DNA of 64,000 nucleotides from a virus (lineage: Duplodnaviria; Heunggongvirae; Uroviricota; Caudoviricetes): positions 137,756-201,755 of IMG/VR virus record IMGVR_UViG_3300028888_000043; one strand, 5' to 3'. Numbering within the stretch: position 1 is the first letter of the stretch; every line of letters begins with the position of its first letter. A program made the position numbers and the translations under genes. This document shows positions 38,085-48,111 of this stretch, piece by piece. The notes under the pieces were generated by a model that saw only the letters and a list, made by a program, of their open reading frames with translations, did not search any database and was not told where the DNA came from.

Positions 38085-38858
38085 ATGGCTGTATCTATAA
38101 AAGGAAATACAAGTAGTGTGGTATATGGAAAGGGAGACATATGTCTTAAACTCAATCCATTTGACAATTTCAGGTTGTTCACACTCTATGAAGATTGGCG
38201 AAGCGACGATCGCAAACCCATTGACCTCTCCAATGGACAGAAAATCTATCTTGTGTTCAAGTCAAAGAACAAGGAGATAAGGATTCCTGAATATGATATG
38301 ATTGACAGTGATTACACTGTTGACAAGGTTAATGGTCAGGTGTTGTTCAAGATTGCCAAGAAGCAGGCCATTGACATCCTGGCAATGGATACCAGGGTGT
38401 TCTATATCACCAGGATTTATAACATAACAGATTATACAGGTGAGAAGGTGTTATCTTCCGAGGAGGAAGTCCTTTATACAGGTCAGTGGAAAGATGAGAC
38501 TTCCAATACAGTTGACAACTACACAGCACAGTTGAAAAACCTGATGGATATTGTGAATGAAAGGAACAAGCAGATTCAAGACCTTCAGGAATCCAATGTG
38601 AAGTTGATGGAACAGAATACAGACTTCGCCACAACCCTGACCACACTCCAGGAAGAAAATGACAAGTTGTTGTCGGAGATTGCCACACTTGAAGCCAAGT
38701 TGGCAGAATATGAGGCAGGTAATGAATACAATGGCATGGTTGTTGGAGAAGGTACACATCACACTGTTATCACAGGTAGGACTCTCAATGGAAACGAGTA
38801 CACAGAGGAACAGTTGGCAGACGCCCTGAAAACTCTTGAAATAAAAGTTTCCGAATAA
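38085..38858 (+). CDS. hypothetical protein, beta-rich N-terminus plus coiled coil
   Basis: 257-aa ORF in a late operon. Confidence 0.65.
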   Translation: MAVSIKGNTSSVVYGKGDICLKLNPFDNFRLFTLYEDWRSDDRKPIDLSNGQKIYLVFKSKNKEIRIPEYDMIDSDYTVDKVNGQVLFKIAKKQAIDILAMDTRVFYITRIYNITDYTGEKVLSSEEEVLYTGQWKDETSNTVDNYTAQLKNLMDIVNERNKQIQDLQESNVKLMEQNTDFATTLTTLQEENDKLLSEIATLEAKLAEYEAGNEYNGMVVGEGTHHTVITGRTLNGNEYTEEQLADALKTLEIKVSE

Positions 38859-38955
38859 TCATATTTCACAAAAGTTTGTTATATTTAGTTTGTATCAGTT
38901 GAGAACATTGTCCTTTTGGACATAGTTTATATAAGTTTAATTAAGTTTTAAGTTT

Positions 38956-39993
38956 ATGGCAGAAGTAAATTTCAATGAACTGTTCGGATCATTTTCCGCA
39001 GCAGATGCCCTTGCGGCAACCGAGACCAGTAACAATTCTGGTTATTCTGGAAGAGCAGACCTCTTCAAACCATCCATCAAGGATGAAAAGTGTACGGACC
39101 AGAACTACCGTGCCCTCATCAGATTCATTCCTTTCTTCCATGAGGGAAAGTGGCGTACCACTGTCAGTCGTTGGGAATGCTTCCTGAAGGATGTGAATGG
39201 TGAAAACGGTATCTTCGTTGTTTCACCAAAGACTGATGGAAAGAAGTGTCCTATGAGGAATCTTTCCTACAAACTCTACACAAGTGATAGTGCAATCGAT
39301 AAGGAAAACTCCAAGAAGATTAATGTCTATCAGCAGTACTATGCCCTCATTGAGGTAGTCAAGGATGTACAGCATCCTGAATATGATGGAAAGGTTTTCA
39401 TCTATCAGTTCGGTCAGAAGATCAATGATAAGATTGAGGCTGCTATGAAGAGCACCGAGTTCACCGAGGGATTTAACCCGTTTGACCTTTATGATGGTCG
39501 CCTCTTTGAAATCAACATTACAAAGGATGCAACCAAGAAGATGGACAACAGACCTGTTGCCAACTATGATGCATGCCGTTTCATCGAGAAGACTTCTCCT
39601 ATCCACTTCACTGTTGGTGAAGAGAAGATGACTCTCTCCCGTGATGACAGGGATTCCCAGAGGGCTTTCTTCGAGTGGTTGGAGAAGGGTGCTCCGAAGA
39701 TTAAGGACTACTTCTGGAAGGAGTGGGATGCAGAGACCACTGAAAAGGTCAATGCCAATCTTGCCACCTATACTTCCAGTTATGTTGCTCCCCGCACAAC
39801 TGTTGCAGCAGCAAAGGAGACTGTGAGTGCGGCAACTGCACCTGTGGCACACCAGGAAGCACCTGCATCTGTGACTCTTGATCCTGTTGAGGATATGCCT
39901 GATTTCACTGCGGCATCCCCTCAGATTCCAGAAGATGAAACTCCGGTTTCAACTGCTGATGATGACTGGATCAACAGTGTCCTGAATGGATAA
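38956..39993 (+). CDS. single-stranded DNA-binding protein, T4 gp32-like
   Basis: ALIRFIP, KCP, HPEYDGKVFIYQFGQKI, NPFDLYDG, NYD, acidic tail ADDDWINSVL. Confidence 0.9.
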   Translation: MAEVNFNELFGSFSAADALAATETSNNSGYSGRADLFKPSIKDEKCTDQNYRALIRFIPFFHEGKWRTTVSRWECFLKDVNGENGIFVVSPKTDGKKCPMRNLSYKLYTSDSAIDKENSKKINVYQQYYALIEVVKDVQHPEYDGKVFIYQFGQKINDKIEAAMKSTEFTEGFNPFDLYDGRLFEINITKDATKKMDNRPVANYDACRFIEKTSPIHFTVGEEKMTLSRDDRDSQRAFFEWLEKGAPKIKDYFWKEWDAETTEKVNANLATYTSSYVAPRTTVAAAKETVSAATAPVAHQEAPASVTLDPVEDMPDFTAASPQIPEDETPVSTADDDWINSVLNG

Positions 39994-40004
39994 TTTCTAA
40001 ATAT

Positions 40005-40034
40005 GGTGGTGGGAAAGTTCTTCCCACCACCTTT
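40005..40034 (+). terminator. intrinsic terminator
   Basis: GGTGGTGGGAA-agttc-TTCCCACCACC-TTT. Confidence 0.75.
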
Positions 40035-40049
40035 AATCAAAAAACATAT

Positions 40050-40586
40050 ATGCCTAAAATTTTTGCTATTAGTGACACTTGGATTAACCGCCTGTTAGTG
40101 GAAGATCCAAATGCAAATGTTGTAGATAATAATGACCATATCATTCAGAGTTGGAATGATGTAGTGGACAAGGATGATACAGTTTATGTCCTGGGTGGAT
40201 TTGGTATTGCAGATATGTATCATATTCTTGTAAGACTGAATGGACAGATACACTTCCTCGCCAATTATTTCAACAATGATGAATCTGAATGCATGTCAAT
40301 GTTGAAGAAGGCTGTTGAGAAGACAAGTGATGTATCATTCAAGGAAAAGATACATTTTGACAATGAGCAGATTGTTGTACTGAATGATCTTGATGCAGTC
40401 CTTTCATACTTTCCACTTCAAGATTGGCCAGGTAAAAATACAGGAACATATTGTTTTCATGGTCTGAATGATAGTATGAATCTTGAAGAACACAATATCA
40501 CCTGTCTTGGTAGTAAATGGGATTTCAGTCCTGTTGATATTGAGGATGTTCAAAAAAATATCTCCACATTCAATAGCAAACTTTAA
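40050..40586 (+). CDS. degenerate calcineurin-like phosphoesterase (probably inactive)
   Basis: Fold signature (IFAISD, WNDVVDKDDTVYVLG) retained but metal ligands substituted. Confidence 0.7.
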   Translation: MPKIFAISDTWINRLLVEDPNANVVDNNDHIIQSWNDVVDKDDTVYVLGGFGIADMYHILVRLNGQIHFLANYFNNDESECMSMLKKAVEKTSDVSFKEKIHFDNEQIVVLNDLDAVLSYFPLQDWPGKNTGTYCFHGLNDSMNLEEHNITCLGSKWDFSPVDIEDVQKNISTFNSKL

Positions 40587-40647
40587 TGATTTAGGCATCC
40601 TGTAAACAACAGGATGTCTTGATCTGTTTAAAAGAATTTGTCAAAAA

Positions 40648-40679
40648 TTTGTTTTTTTGACAAAAAATCATTATACTTG
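40648..40679 (+). promoter_or_regulatory. near-consensus Bacteroidetes sigma-A promoter for the phage sigma gene, overlapped by an inverted repeat
   Basis: TTTG (40648-40651), 20 nt, TATACTTG (40672-40679); arms TTTGTCAAAAA / TTTTTGACAAA at 40637-40664. Confidence 0.55.
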
Positions 40680-40746
40680 TATTAGGTATTCATATCTGAT
40701 ACCAATATAATCACCCAAACATAAGTAAAAATAAGTTAATTTAGTA

Positions 40747-41424
40747 ATGGATAGTAAGTTGTATAATGACATTGGTAAGACTGTTGAAGCTGCCAAAAAG
40801 AACAATGGTTCTCTGACAGAACAAAATCTTCTTTATGTGGTAAAGGTTGCCACAGACATAGCTAACAAGACCGGAGCAGATTTTGATTCTCTTTTTGCAG
40901 AAGGTGTAATCGCTATGAAGAAGATGGAAGAAAAGTTTGACATAACCAAGAATGACAAGTTCACCAAGGCAGCAGCAATGGCAGTCAGGGGTTATATGTT
41001 GAACTCCATCAATCGTCAGAGTACATTGGTTCATATCCCTGCCAATCATATGAAGGGTTTCAAGAAAGGTCAGGACAGACTTGACTCTTCAAAGGTGGAG
41101 TATTGTCAGATTGATGCAACCAATTATGATACATTGGGTTATGTGGATAACTCTGCATTTGAGGTTGACCGGGAGGCCATTCTTGAAGAAGGATTGAAGA
41201 CATTGGATATCAATGGGCGTATTGCTATGGAGATGAAGTTGCATAGAGGTAAATATTCTGAACAGCTTCCCAGTGAGGGTAAGGACAAGATAGTCTGGAA
41301 ATACAAGAACTCTATGCAGGATATTGCTGATGAACTTGAAGTTCCTCTCAATACTGCAAACAAAATTTATAAGGAAGCATATAATAAGTTGAAAAAATAT
41401 TGTATGACTGCCGCAAATGAATAA
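40747..41424 (+). CDS. sigma-70-family RNA polymerase sigma factor
   Basis: Region 2 (LLYVVKVA...FDSLFAEGVIAM...KFD...KFT...VHIP) and region 4 HTH (SMQDIADELEVP). Confidence 0.85.
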   Translation: MDSKLYNDIGKTVEAAKKNNGSLTEQNLLYVVKVATDIANKTGADFDSLFAEGVIAMKKMEEKFDITKNDKFTKAAAMAVRGYMLNSINRQSTLVHIPANHMKGFKKGQDRLDSSKVEYCQIDATNYDTLGYVDNSAFEVDREAILEEGLKTLDINGRIAMEMKLHRGKYSEQLPSEGKDKIVWKYKNSMQDIADELEVPLNTANKIYKEAYNKLKKYCMTAANE

Positions 41425-41435
41425 ATGAAACTGAT

Positions 41436-42065
41436 ATGAAAAGGGTAAATCCAAATCATGATCCAAAACACAGAAGTAGAAGATGGGATTACAAGAGTAT
41501 CAAGAAACAACCCCAGAAGGACAATGATGTCAGGAAATATGACACTGAAGTAAAGTGGATGCGCAGGAATGAATCTCTTGAAGATGTCATCCGTAAGGCA
41601 ATCCGTAAGGCCAGGGATAGTTGGAGGACCCCATATTGGATTGTTGAGGCGGAGGATTATTCATATGATGTTCCTGATGACCAGAAGAAATATAAGAAGG
41701 AACACTTCACTCCTGATGACAGTCTGACCATAAGACAACTCCTTGAACAGGATGATGCCAAATTCAGAAGTACTTCTCTTGCAAAAAGGTGTAGATATGT
41801 GAGAGTTCCCTCATTGAAAAGAATAGACAGGGAATGGGTCAACTTCTACAGGACTTGGCCAGGTATTGCGGAGGATGTCGCCATTGGAGAGGAAAGGTTT
41901 GCTGACGGGGCAAAACTCAAATACATTCCGTTATTCAAGAAGATACTTGATGAAGAGTGGCCTGAAGACCTGAAGATGTGGACTGACGAGCAATATGAAG
42001 AACTGATGAGGAAAGGTGTCATAAAACCGTATGACCAAGTGATGATAAAGAATCTGATTGATTAA
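41436..42065 (+). CDS. hypothetical basic protein
   Basis: 209-aa ORF downstream of the sigma gene. Confidence 0.7.
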   Translation: MKRVNPNHDPKHRSRRWDYKSIKKQPQKDNDVRKYDTEVKWMRRNESLEDVIRKAIRKARDSWRTPYWIVEAEDYSYDVPDDQKKYKKEHFTPDDSLTIRQLLEQDDAKFRSTSLAKRCRYVRVPSLKRIDREWVNFYRTWPGIAEDVAIGEERFADGAKLKYIPLFKKILDEEWPEDLKMWTDEQYEELMRKGVIKPYDQVMIKNLID

Positions 42066-42084
42066 TTTTTGTTATATTTAATAT

Positions 42085-42165
42085 GGAGTGCAAACTCCAA
42101 AGAATTTAACATAAATCTATCATGATTTTTTTCCGGGGTTTGCTGTGAAGTACACCCCGGTTTTT
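42085..42165 (+). ncRNA. candidate ~80-nt small RNA
   Basis: Preceded by TTGTTATATTTA (42069-42080); 5' GGAGT-GCAA-ACTCC GNRA hairpin; 3' CCGGGG...CCCCGG-TTTTT terminator; only an 8-codon ORF. Confidence 0.45.
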
Positions 42166-42190
42166 ATATTATTGAACCATAAATACATAT

Positions 42191-42367
42191 ATGAGGTTTA
42201 ATTTTTTTAAACATAAGGATAAAGAAGAACCAAAGACTTTTGATGGTAGGTTCATCACTGATGAAGAGATAGAGGAGATGGCCAAACCAAAGACAGGTAC
42301 ATTCATTGGCAAGGAACTCAAGGAGATCCAGGATATGATGGATGAATTGAAGAAACAAGTCAATTAA
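42191..42367 (+). CDS. 58-aa hypothetical late protein
   Basis: Not in the ORF track; MRFNFFKHKDKEEPKTFDGRF...DELKKQVN*; starts 5 nt after CATAAATA (42178-42185). Confidence 0.6.
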   Translation: MRFNFFKHKDKEEPKTFDGRFITDEEIEEMAKPKTGTFIGKELKEIQDMMDELKKQVN

Positions 42368-42378
42368 ACTATATACAG

Positions 42379-42972
42379 ATGGCAGAGAAAGAGAATAAAG
42401 AAATATTAAGGGACAGTATCGCTGACCTATTGATGGACAATGACATCAATCTCAATGATGACATAAATGAGAACACATTGACTTTCAGAAAGACTCCTTC
42501 CACAGTATCTCAATATGATATGATGACATTGGAACAGTCCCGGTCAAAGGCAAAGAAAGTGATGGAGTCTCTTCTTAAAGTTTACCTTTCTGAAAACTTC
42601 ATTTCAAAGAGTGAGTATGTCCAGGCAAAGGTGAACCTGGATGCTATGACTCTCGGTAACATCATCAACCAGATGGAAATCAGTCAGAGGGCAATCCAGA
42701 TTCTGATGGACAATATTGAGATTGGTGATGTCAATCCCAAACTATTTGAAGTACTCGGTAAACTCCAGGGTACATTCATTGACTTGGTGAGAGCACAGAC
42801 CAATTACATTGTAAATGTGAGTGATGAGTATGAGAAACTGGCACTGGATAAGGATACTGCAATAGATGCCAGTCCATCCACAGCAAAGGAAATTTCATCC
42901 GGATTCAAGTCCAACAGTCAGAAGGATTTGATGAGACTCATCAGGAAGGTTTCTGAAAAAGACGAAAAATAA
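42379..42972 (+). CDS. possible terminase small subunit (T4 gp16-like)
   Basis: Helical; NPKLFEVLGKL resembles the PRAYEV..L motif of gp16-like proteins; late operon. Confidence 0.45.
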   Translation: MAEKENKEILRDSIADLLMDNDINLNDDINENTLTFRKTPSTVSQYDMMTLEQSRSKAKKVMESLLKVYLSENFISKSEYVQAKVNLDAMTLGNIINQMEISQRAIQILMDNIEIGDVNPKLFEVLGKLQGTFIDLVRAQTNYIVNVSDEYEKLALDKDTAIDASPSTAKEISSGFKSNSQKDLMRLIRKVSEKDEK

Positions 42973-43514
42973 TGGTAAGGACATATAACATAGGTACGGA
43001 ATGTTATGCTATCATAACATCTCCAAATGAACCTGAATTCCTTCTTCCTGTAAAGATTGTCCTTCTGGAAAAATACACACAGGCAGAGAGGACTACATAT
43101 AAGGTGAAGATAAGGGAGATATTCGAGACTGACATCAACTATCTGAAAGAACATTTTAGTAATGTGAAGGTTTCAACCAATCTGAAAACTTTCAATCTCA
43201 CCACACTGTTGAGAAAAGGTGAGTTGGATTCCATCAAGACTATGAGTGAACTCATCCAGAAATTGAATGACAAACCATTCTATCTTGAAGACAACTATAT
43301 TGTTCCTGACAAGATTGGACTTGTTGATATGTATAATAAATTTGTGAAATACATCATCAATTATCATTTCAGGAAACTGTTCCAACTCACCAGTAGGAGT
43401 TTCCTTGCCAACCAACCTGTGTTCAACAACCAGAAGGATTTGTTTTTGAGAAGAGTTGAAAACCTTGGGTTTGGTGATGTACTGAAAAAATATGATTTGA
43501 AATTAGACATTTAG
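42972..43514 (+). CDS. hypothetical protein
   Basis: 180-aa ORF with TAATG coupling to the upstream gene. Confidence 0.7.
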   Translation: MVRTYNIGTECYAIITSPNEPEFLLPVKIVLLEKYTQAERTTYKVKIREIFETDINYLKEHFSNVKVSTNLKTFNLTTLLRKGELDSIKTMSELIQKLNDKPFYLEDNYIVPDKIGLVDMYNKFVKYIINYHFRKLFQLTSRSFLANQPVFNNQKDLFLRRVENLGFGDVLKKYDLKLDI

Positions 43515-43537
43515 GAGGCTTGGACGCCTCCTTTTTT
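43513..43537 (+). terminator. intrinsic terminator
   Basis: AGGAGGC-ttggac-GCCTCCT-TTTTT. Confidence 0.75.
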
Positions 43538-43568
43538 CATAAATAACTATATAAGTTGAATTGTATCA

Positions 43569-45443
43569 ATGGCAAAGGGAGTTATTGAATCCAACATAAT
43601 GGAATACACTGGAATAAAGTCCTTGACAGGTTTCACAGCGGTTGTAATTGGTGAGACCAAGGATACTTATTATGACAAGCAATTCAGGTATTCACCAGAC
43701 AAGATTCTTTGGAGTGATTATAAGGATTTGACAAACAAGAATCTGTCTGCTGTCAAGATTTATGATGACACTGTTTACATCCAGTACAAGTTCACACAGG
43801 TGGGTGATGGAAACTTGTCAGTAGAAAGTATCTCATTGGATGTGGATTATGTGAAGGATGAGACAGTCATCCCAGAATGTTTCTGGACAAAGGGTGCATC
43901 AACCCCGCAGATTGTCTATAATCAGGGTTCAGGAAGTAATCTCTTCAACCCTTATGCTGTCGGACAGTCTCTTGACATTTATAACCAGATGTCAACTGTC
44001 ATCTCCAATATGTTCGGTTTCTGTGTACTTTATTTCAAGACTGAACCTAATGCAAGAAGTAGGGATGTGGTGTTGAAGGAATACTCCATTGAACATGTCA
44101 TTGATAAACAGAACATCAAAATACTTATTCCTGACAACCAGCTTCCTACAAGGGAGTTGCAGTTCAATTCAATGATGATAGACTATCCTGTACAATTTGA
44201 AATCAACATAGTGAAGTCTGAATTCTGGAAGGTGTTTGGTGCTGGTTCTCATCCTGATCCACATGATTATCTTTATTTCAGTACTTATATGAACAAGATG
44301 TATATGGTGGATTCCGTATCTGATCCTGATGACTTCGGTTATGTTGCCTCTTATTGGAGAGTGAGTCTGGTACCTTACCAGGAGGTGTCTTCCGTACAGT
44401 TCGGTAATGACAACCTTATGGAAGATACTGAAAGTCTCATCTTCTCTGCTGAAGGTAAGTTCAAGGAGGAAGTTCAGGAAGAGTTTGAAGACACAAGGAA
44501 AGACAATCAGCTCAATAATATCGGTGACCTTTATGAAGGTCAGGATATGGTCAGGAGAATCCTCCATGAGAATGTCAGGATTGTTGAGGAGAACATCTAC
44601 AATAACTGGACAGTAGTTGCCAAGCAATACTACAATCTCTCCACCATTGATAAAGGTGCTATTGCTGCTGAATACAAATACAAAGGTCTTTCATCAGATG
44701 ATGAAAGGATGATAACCTTTGCTTTCAGACCTACCAATATGAAGAATGTGTCTGACAACATTATGATAGATTCCGTATCCAATAATAATGGAAAGGTCAG
44801 ACTTAAATTGAAAGGTTGGGATAACAAACTCCTGGACACTGGAAATATGATCAAAATTTCAAGGGTGTCAGGTCTCAATGGATGGCATAGGATTACAGCG
44901 GTTGACAGAGGTAAGTTGACCATTGATATTGATGCTGATTACAGTGATGTGATGAAAGTTCTCTCCTGTGGTAAACTTGTCAGTTATGAGGCCAACACAG
45001 GTGTCTATTTCGGTGATGGATTTGAGATTATACAGATGCCTGACAAGATGGTTGTCAGACTCAATGGAAAGAATTATGATTATACATTTGAAGGATTCTC
45101 TTCATTTGAATCCAAGTGGTACTTCTGTGTACTTGGTATGAAGAGAGGAATGTCCAATATGTGGTTATATGAAGTCAAGGGTAGTGAAACTATCAACAAC
45201 ACACACAGTGAAATCCAGAAGATAGGTTGTGCATCTGTTGACCTGGGTAAGTTCAATATTGACGGTTACTGTGGTCTTCGTGGTGGCGGACTTCATCTCA
45301 CCAATTTCAGACTATGGAGTAAACTCTGTGAGGAAGATTTACACAACCTCATTTTGAGTCAGTATGTGGTTGATGACACACATAATACTCTTGTTGTCGA
45401 TAATGCACAGAATGAGTTGCTGGTGAACTATAAATGGAGTTAA
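43569..45443 (+). CDS. neck protein (T4 gp14-like) with extra beta-rich/LamG-like C-terminal domain
   Basis: FGFCVLYF...DVVLKEY...P.PHDYLYF...MYMVDSV pattern; CATAAATA at 43538-43545. Confidence 0.55.
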   Translation: MAKGVIESNIMEYTGIKSLTGFTAVVIGETKDTYYDKQFRYSPDKILWSDYKDLTNKNLSAVKIYDDTVYIQYKFTQVGDGNLSVESISLDVDYVKDETVIPECFWTKGASTPQIVYNQGSGSNLFNPYAVGQSLDIYNQMSTVISNMFGFCVLYFKTEPNARSRDVVLKEYSIEHVIDKQNIKILIPDNQLPTRELQFNSMMIDYPVQFEINIVKSEFWKVFGAGSHPDPHDYLYFSTYMNKMYMVDSVSDPDDFGYVASYWRVSLVPYQEVSSVQFGNDNLMEDTESLIFSAEGKFKEEVQEEFEDTRKDNQLNNIGDLYEGQDMVRRILHENVRIVEENIYNNWTVVAKQYYNLSTIDKGAIAAEYKYKGLSSDDERMITFAFRPTNMKNVSDNIMIDSVSNNNGKVRLKLKGWDNKLLDTGNMIKISRVSGLNGWHRITAVDRGKLTIDIDADYSDVMKVLSCGKLVSYEANTGVYFGDGFEIIQMPDKMVVRLNGKNYDYTFEGFSSFESKWYFCVLGMKRGMSNMWLYEVKGSETINNTHSEIQKIGCASVDLGKFNIDGYCGLRGGGLHLTNFRLWSKLCEEDLHNLILSQYVVDDTHNTLVVDNAQNELLVNYKWS

Positions 45444-45446
45444 TGT

Positions 45447-48110
45447 ATGGGAATTATTAATGCTGGAATGAGAAAAGGTATCAAGATGATGGCTGTGGTG
45501 GCTCAAACTGCACAGTTTGTTTCATTGATGCCAAAACCAAAAGATTTTGTCACGAGAATCGTAGGTGATGTGGTTTATTTGTCATCAAGGGTTATCAAAC
45601 TTTCTGATGATATGAATAGACTTCTGGACAGTTATGCAGACATCCCTACCAATTACTTGATGACACAGATGAACAGTATAACAGGTTCTTTGTCAAGGAT
45701 TACTGACAGGGTTAGTATATATGGTCAGAATGCAGTCAACCAAGTAGTGGGACTTGGAGAGAATGGTGTCAATATGGTTACTGAACTTACAGGTTCAGCA
45801 ATAGATACCGCCGGAGCATTGTCCGGGGCCATTGTGAGTCTTGGTGGTGCTGTTGCAGAATCATCTGCAAACATCCTTGGACAGACAGATATTGGTGAAG
45901 ACATACATGATTCCGTAGAGGTTGTGATGGAATGGACTGATGAAGGATTCAAGAATGTCAATACCAGGGCAACAGACCCTCTCAGGAAGGTGTCACAGAA
46001 ACTTACTGATTACAGGACAGGTGTTACCAATGCCATTGATGACAAGGCAAATGCAGTGACAGACAAGATTGAAGAATCAAGACTGTGGGTAGAAAGACTC
46101 ATTACCGAACTCCGTGAGAAGGTTGAGAAACTTTGTAATGTGGTTGATACCGGATTCAAGGATGTGACTGGATTGAGTTCCGTTGCGAGTGGTGCTACCA
46201 AGATTTCACAGGAACTAAAAGATTATGATGATGGTCTTGCCGCCCAGGCAACCACTGCGGTTGCGGGTGCAGTCGCAGCAGTCATAAAGAATTTCAGTAT
46301 AGGAAAGATGGCGAAAGCATTCGCCGGATTACTTACACAGTCGGGTATTGTGAGTCTTGGTCTTGACAAACTTCCTCCCATTGATTTTGAATCAATGATG
46401 TGTAAGATACGAAATGATCTTACTGTATCTTCAAAGGAATTATATCAGAGGTATAATGACTTGACAGAAAGTACATATAACAATCTCATTGAGTTTGGTG
46501 AGGAAGCTGCCAAGATTCCTACGGAGGACAGACATTACAGTTCAAAGAACTATGATGCCTTTGTACAGGAGTTTGAAGAACAGTTGAAAGCAAAGAGGGA
46601 TGAGATTAGATTAATGATGAAGAATACTTCTGATGTGGTTGACAGGACAGATGTGAATAGTGTCGCCTTGGAAACACAGAAGAAAACGGAGTTGAGGTCT
46701 GCCATAAAGGAGATTGAAAAATACAGAAAGAAAATCAACAATGCCAGATGGGCAAATAATATGAAGTCCATCCTTGGAGAGGAATTGATGAACTTCAAGA
46801 AAGAAGCGGAATACAGATGTAATTCCTTGAAGGCAGACTGGAAGTCTATGATGGACCAGTATAAGAAGTGTATTACTGAAATCAAGGAGTTCTTCTCCAA
46901 TGGAGGTGCATGTGATATGTTCATCAATGATTGCTGTGAGGCGATCAACCATGACTTTGATGAGATAAAGTCTCTTTGTAAAAATTTGATTTCACAGTTG
47001 GTCGGTACATCCATCAAGGTTGTAATGCCGGCGGACATCGGTACAGTTGTTCCAAACCCAGTTTATAAGATTGCTGATTTCATTATGGACATCAAGACCA
47101 TATTGAAGTTCATCAAAGACCTTATCACACTGATAATAGACATTATCAACCATATCAACAAACTGGCAAGAATCATTCTCAATGGTATCAATGACCTGGC
47201 TGAAATCATCAAGCAACTTATGGAGATTGTTGGTCTCAGATGGTTGATGAACCTTGTACAGAGTATCATTGATTTGTTCGGTGACAATATTATGAATGCC
47301 AGGGAAAGACTGGAGAACACATTGTCACCTGTTCATTTCAGTGACACTGAAGAATACAACAATGCCCTGGAAGCATTGGATGAACTGATGGAAGGTGACG
47401 GAACCAAGATGACTGAAGAAGGAAAGGCATATCTCTCTGATGTTGCAAACTTACTAAATTCCCTTGGTGATGACAAGGACATCAAGAGTCTCATCAAGGA
47501 CATCAATTCAGTGAAGAACAAGAAATCTTTCAATGAGAATGATGCAGAGAAGATTGATGAACTCATTGAGGATATGGAAAAACAGGGTGAAATGGTCATT
47601 GCCTACAAGTCTCCTATCATCAAACAACTTGGTCCGGAAGACAGTACACCTGTATCATCTATGGTTAATGGTGTAGATTTGGAGAATGACATCAAGTTTA
47701 TAGGTTGGCATTTCTTCCATCCAAACCTCAATCATACCAAAAATACTTACTATTCTTCAAAGTTCATGAAGAAAATCAAGAGTAAGATTATCAAGAAAGC
47801 ATCCAAGACAGGACATAAGAGAAGTGGTGGTGTCAACAGGTTGAAAAAGAAGAATGTAGGAAACATCTTCAAGAAGAGGGATAAGGCATATGTAGCATTC
47901 TACTGGTACACATATTATACAGAAGACCTGGAGAAGGATTGCTTCGAGATGTCAACTGTTGACAATTCCATCATCATTGACAATGTAGTGCATACTGAAA
48001 ATGGTTCAGTTGTTGAACTCAATGATGGAAGGAAGGTGTTTGTTGCTAACAATATGGTCAGAAGCGGTGACTATGTGAATGTAGATGGTGTTAAATATAG
48101 AGTGAAGTAA
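45447..48110 (+). CDS. large helical late protein, unknown function
   Basis: 887-aa ORF in a late operon; amphipathic helices. Confidence 0.7.
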   Translation: MGIINAGMRKGIKMMAVVAQTAQFVSLMPKPKDFVTRIVGDVVYLSSRVIKLSDDMNRLLDSYADIPTNYLMTQMNSITGSLSRITDRVSIYGQNAVNQVVGLGENGVNMVTELTGSAIDTAGALSGAIVSLGGAVAESSANILGQTDIGEDIHDSVEVVMEWTDEGFKNVNTRATDPLRKVSQKLTDYRTGVTNAIDDKANAVTDKIEESRLWVERLITELREKVEKLCNVVDTGFKDVTGLSSVASGATKISQELKDYDDGLAAQATTAVAGAVAAVIKNFSIGKMAKAFAGLLTQSGIVSLGLDKLPPIDFESMMCKIRNDLTVSSKELYQRYNDLTESTYNNLIEFGEEAAKIPTEDRHYSSKNYDAFVQEFEEQLKAKRDEIRLMMKNTSDVVDRTDVNSVALETQKKTELRSAIKEIEKYRKKINNARWANNMKSILGEELMNFKKEAEYRCNSLKADWKSMMDQYKKCITEIKEFFSNGGACDMFINDCCEAINHDFDEIKSLCKNLISQLVGTSIKVVMPADIGTVVPNPVYKIADFIMDIKTILKFIKDLITLIIDIINHINKLARIILNGINDLAEIIKQLMEIVGLRWLMNLVQSIIDLFGDNIMNARERLENTLSPVHFSDTEEYNNALEALDELMEGDGTKMTEEGKAYLSDVANLLNSLGDDKDIKSLIKDINSVKNKKSFNENDAEKIDELIEDMEKQGEMVIAYKSPIIKQLGPEDSTPVSSMVNGVDLENDIKFIGWHFFHPNLNHTKNTYYSSKFMKKIKSKIIKKASKTGHKRSGGVNRLKKKNVGNIFKKRDKAYVAFYWYTYYTEDLEKDCFEMSTVDNSIIIDNVVHTENGSVVELNDGRKVFVANNMVRSGDYVNVDGVKYRVK

Positions 48111-48111
48111 T

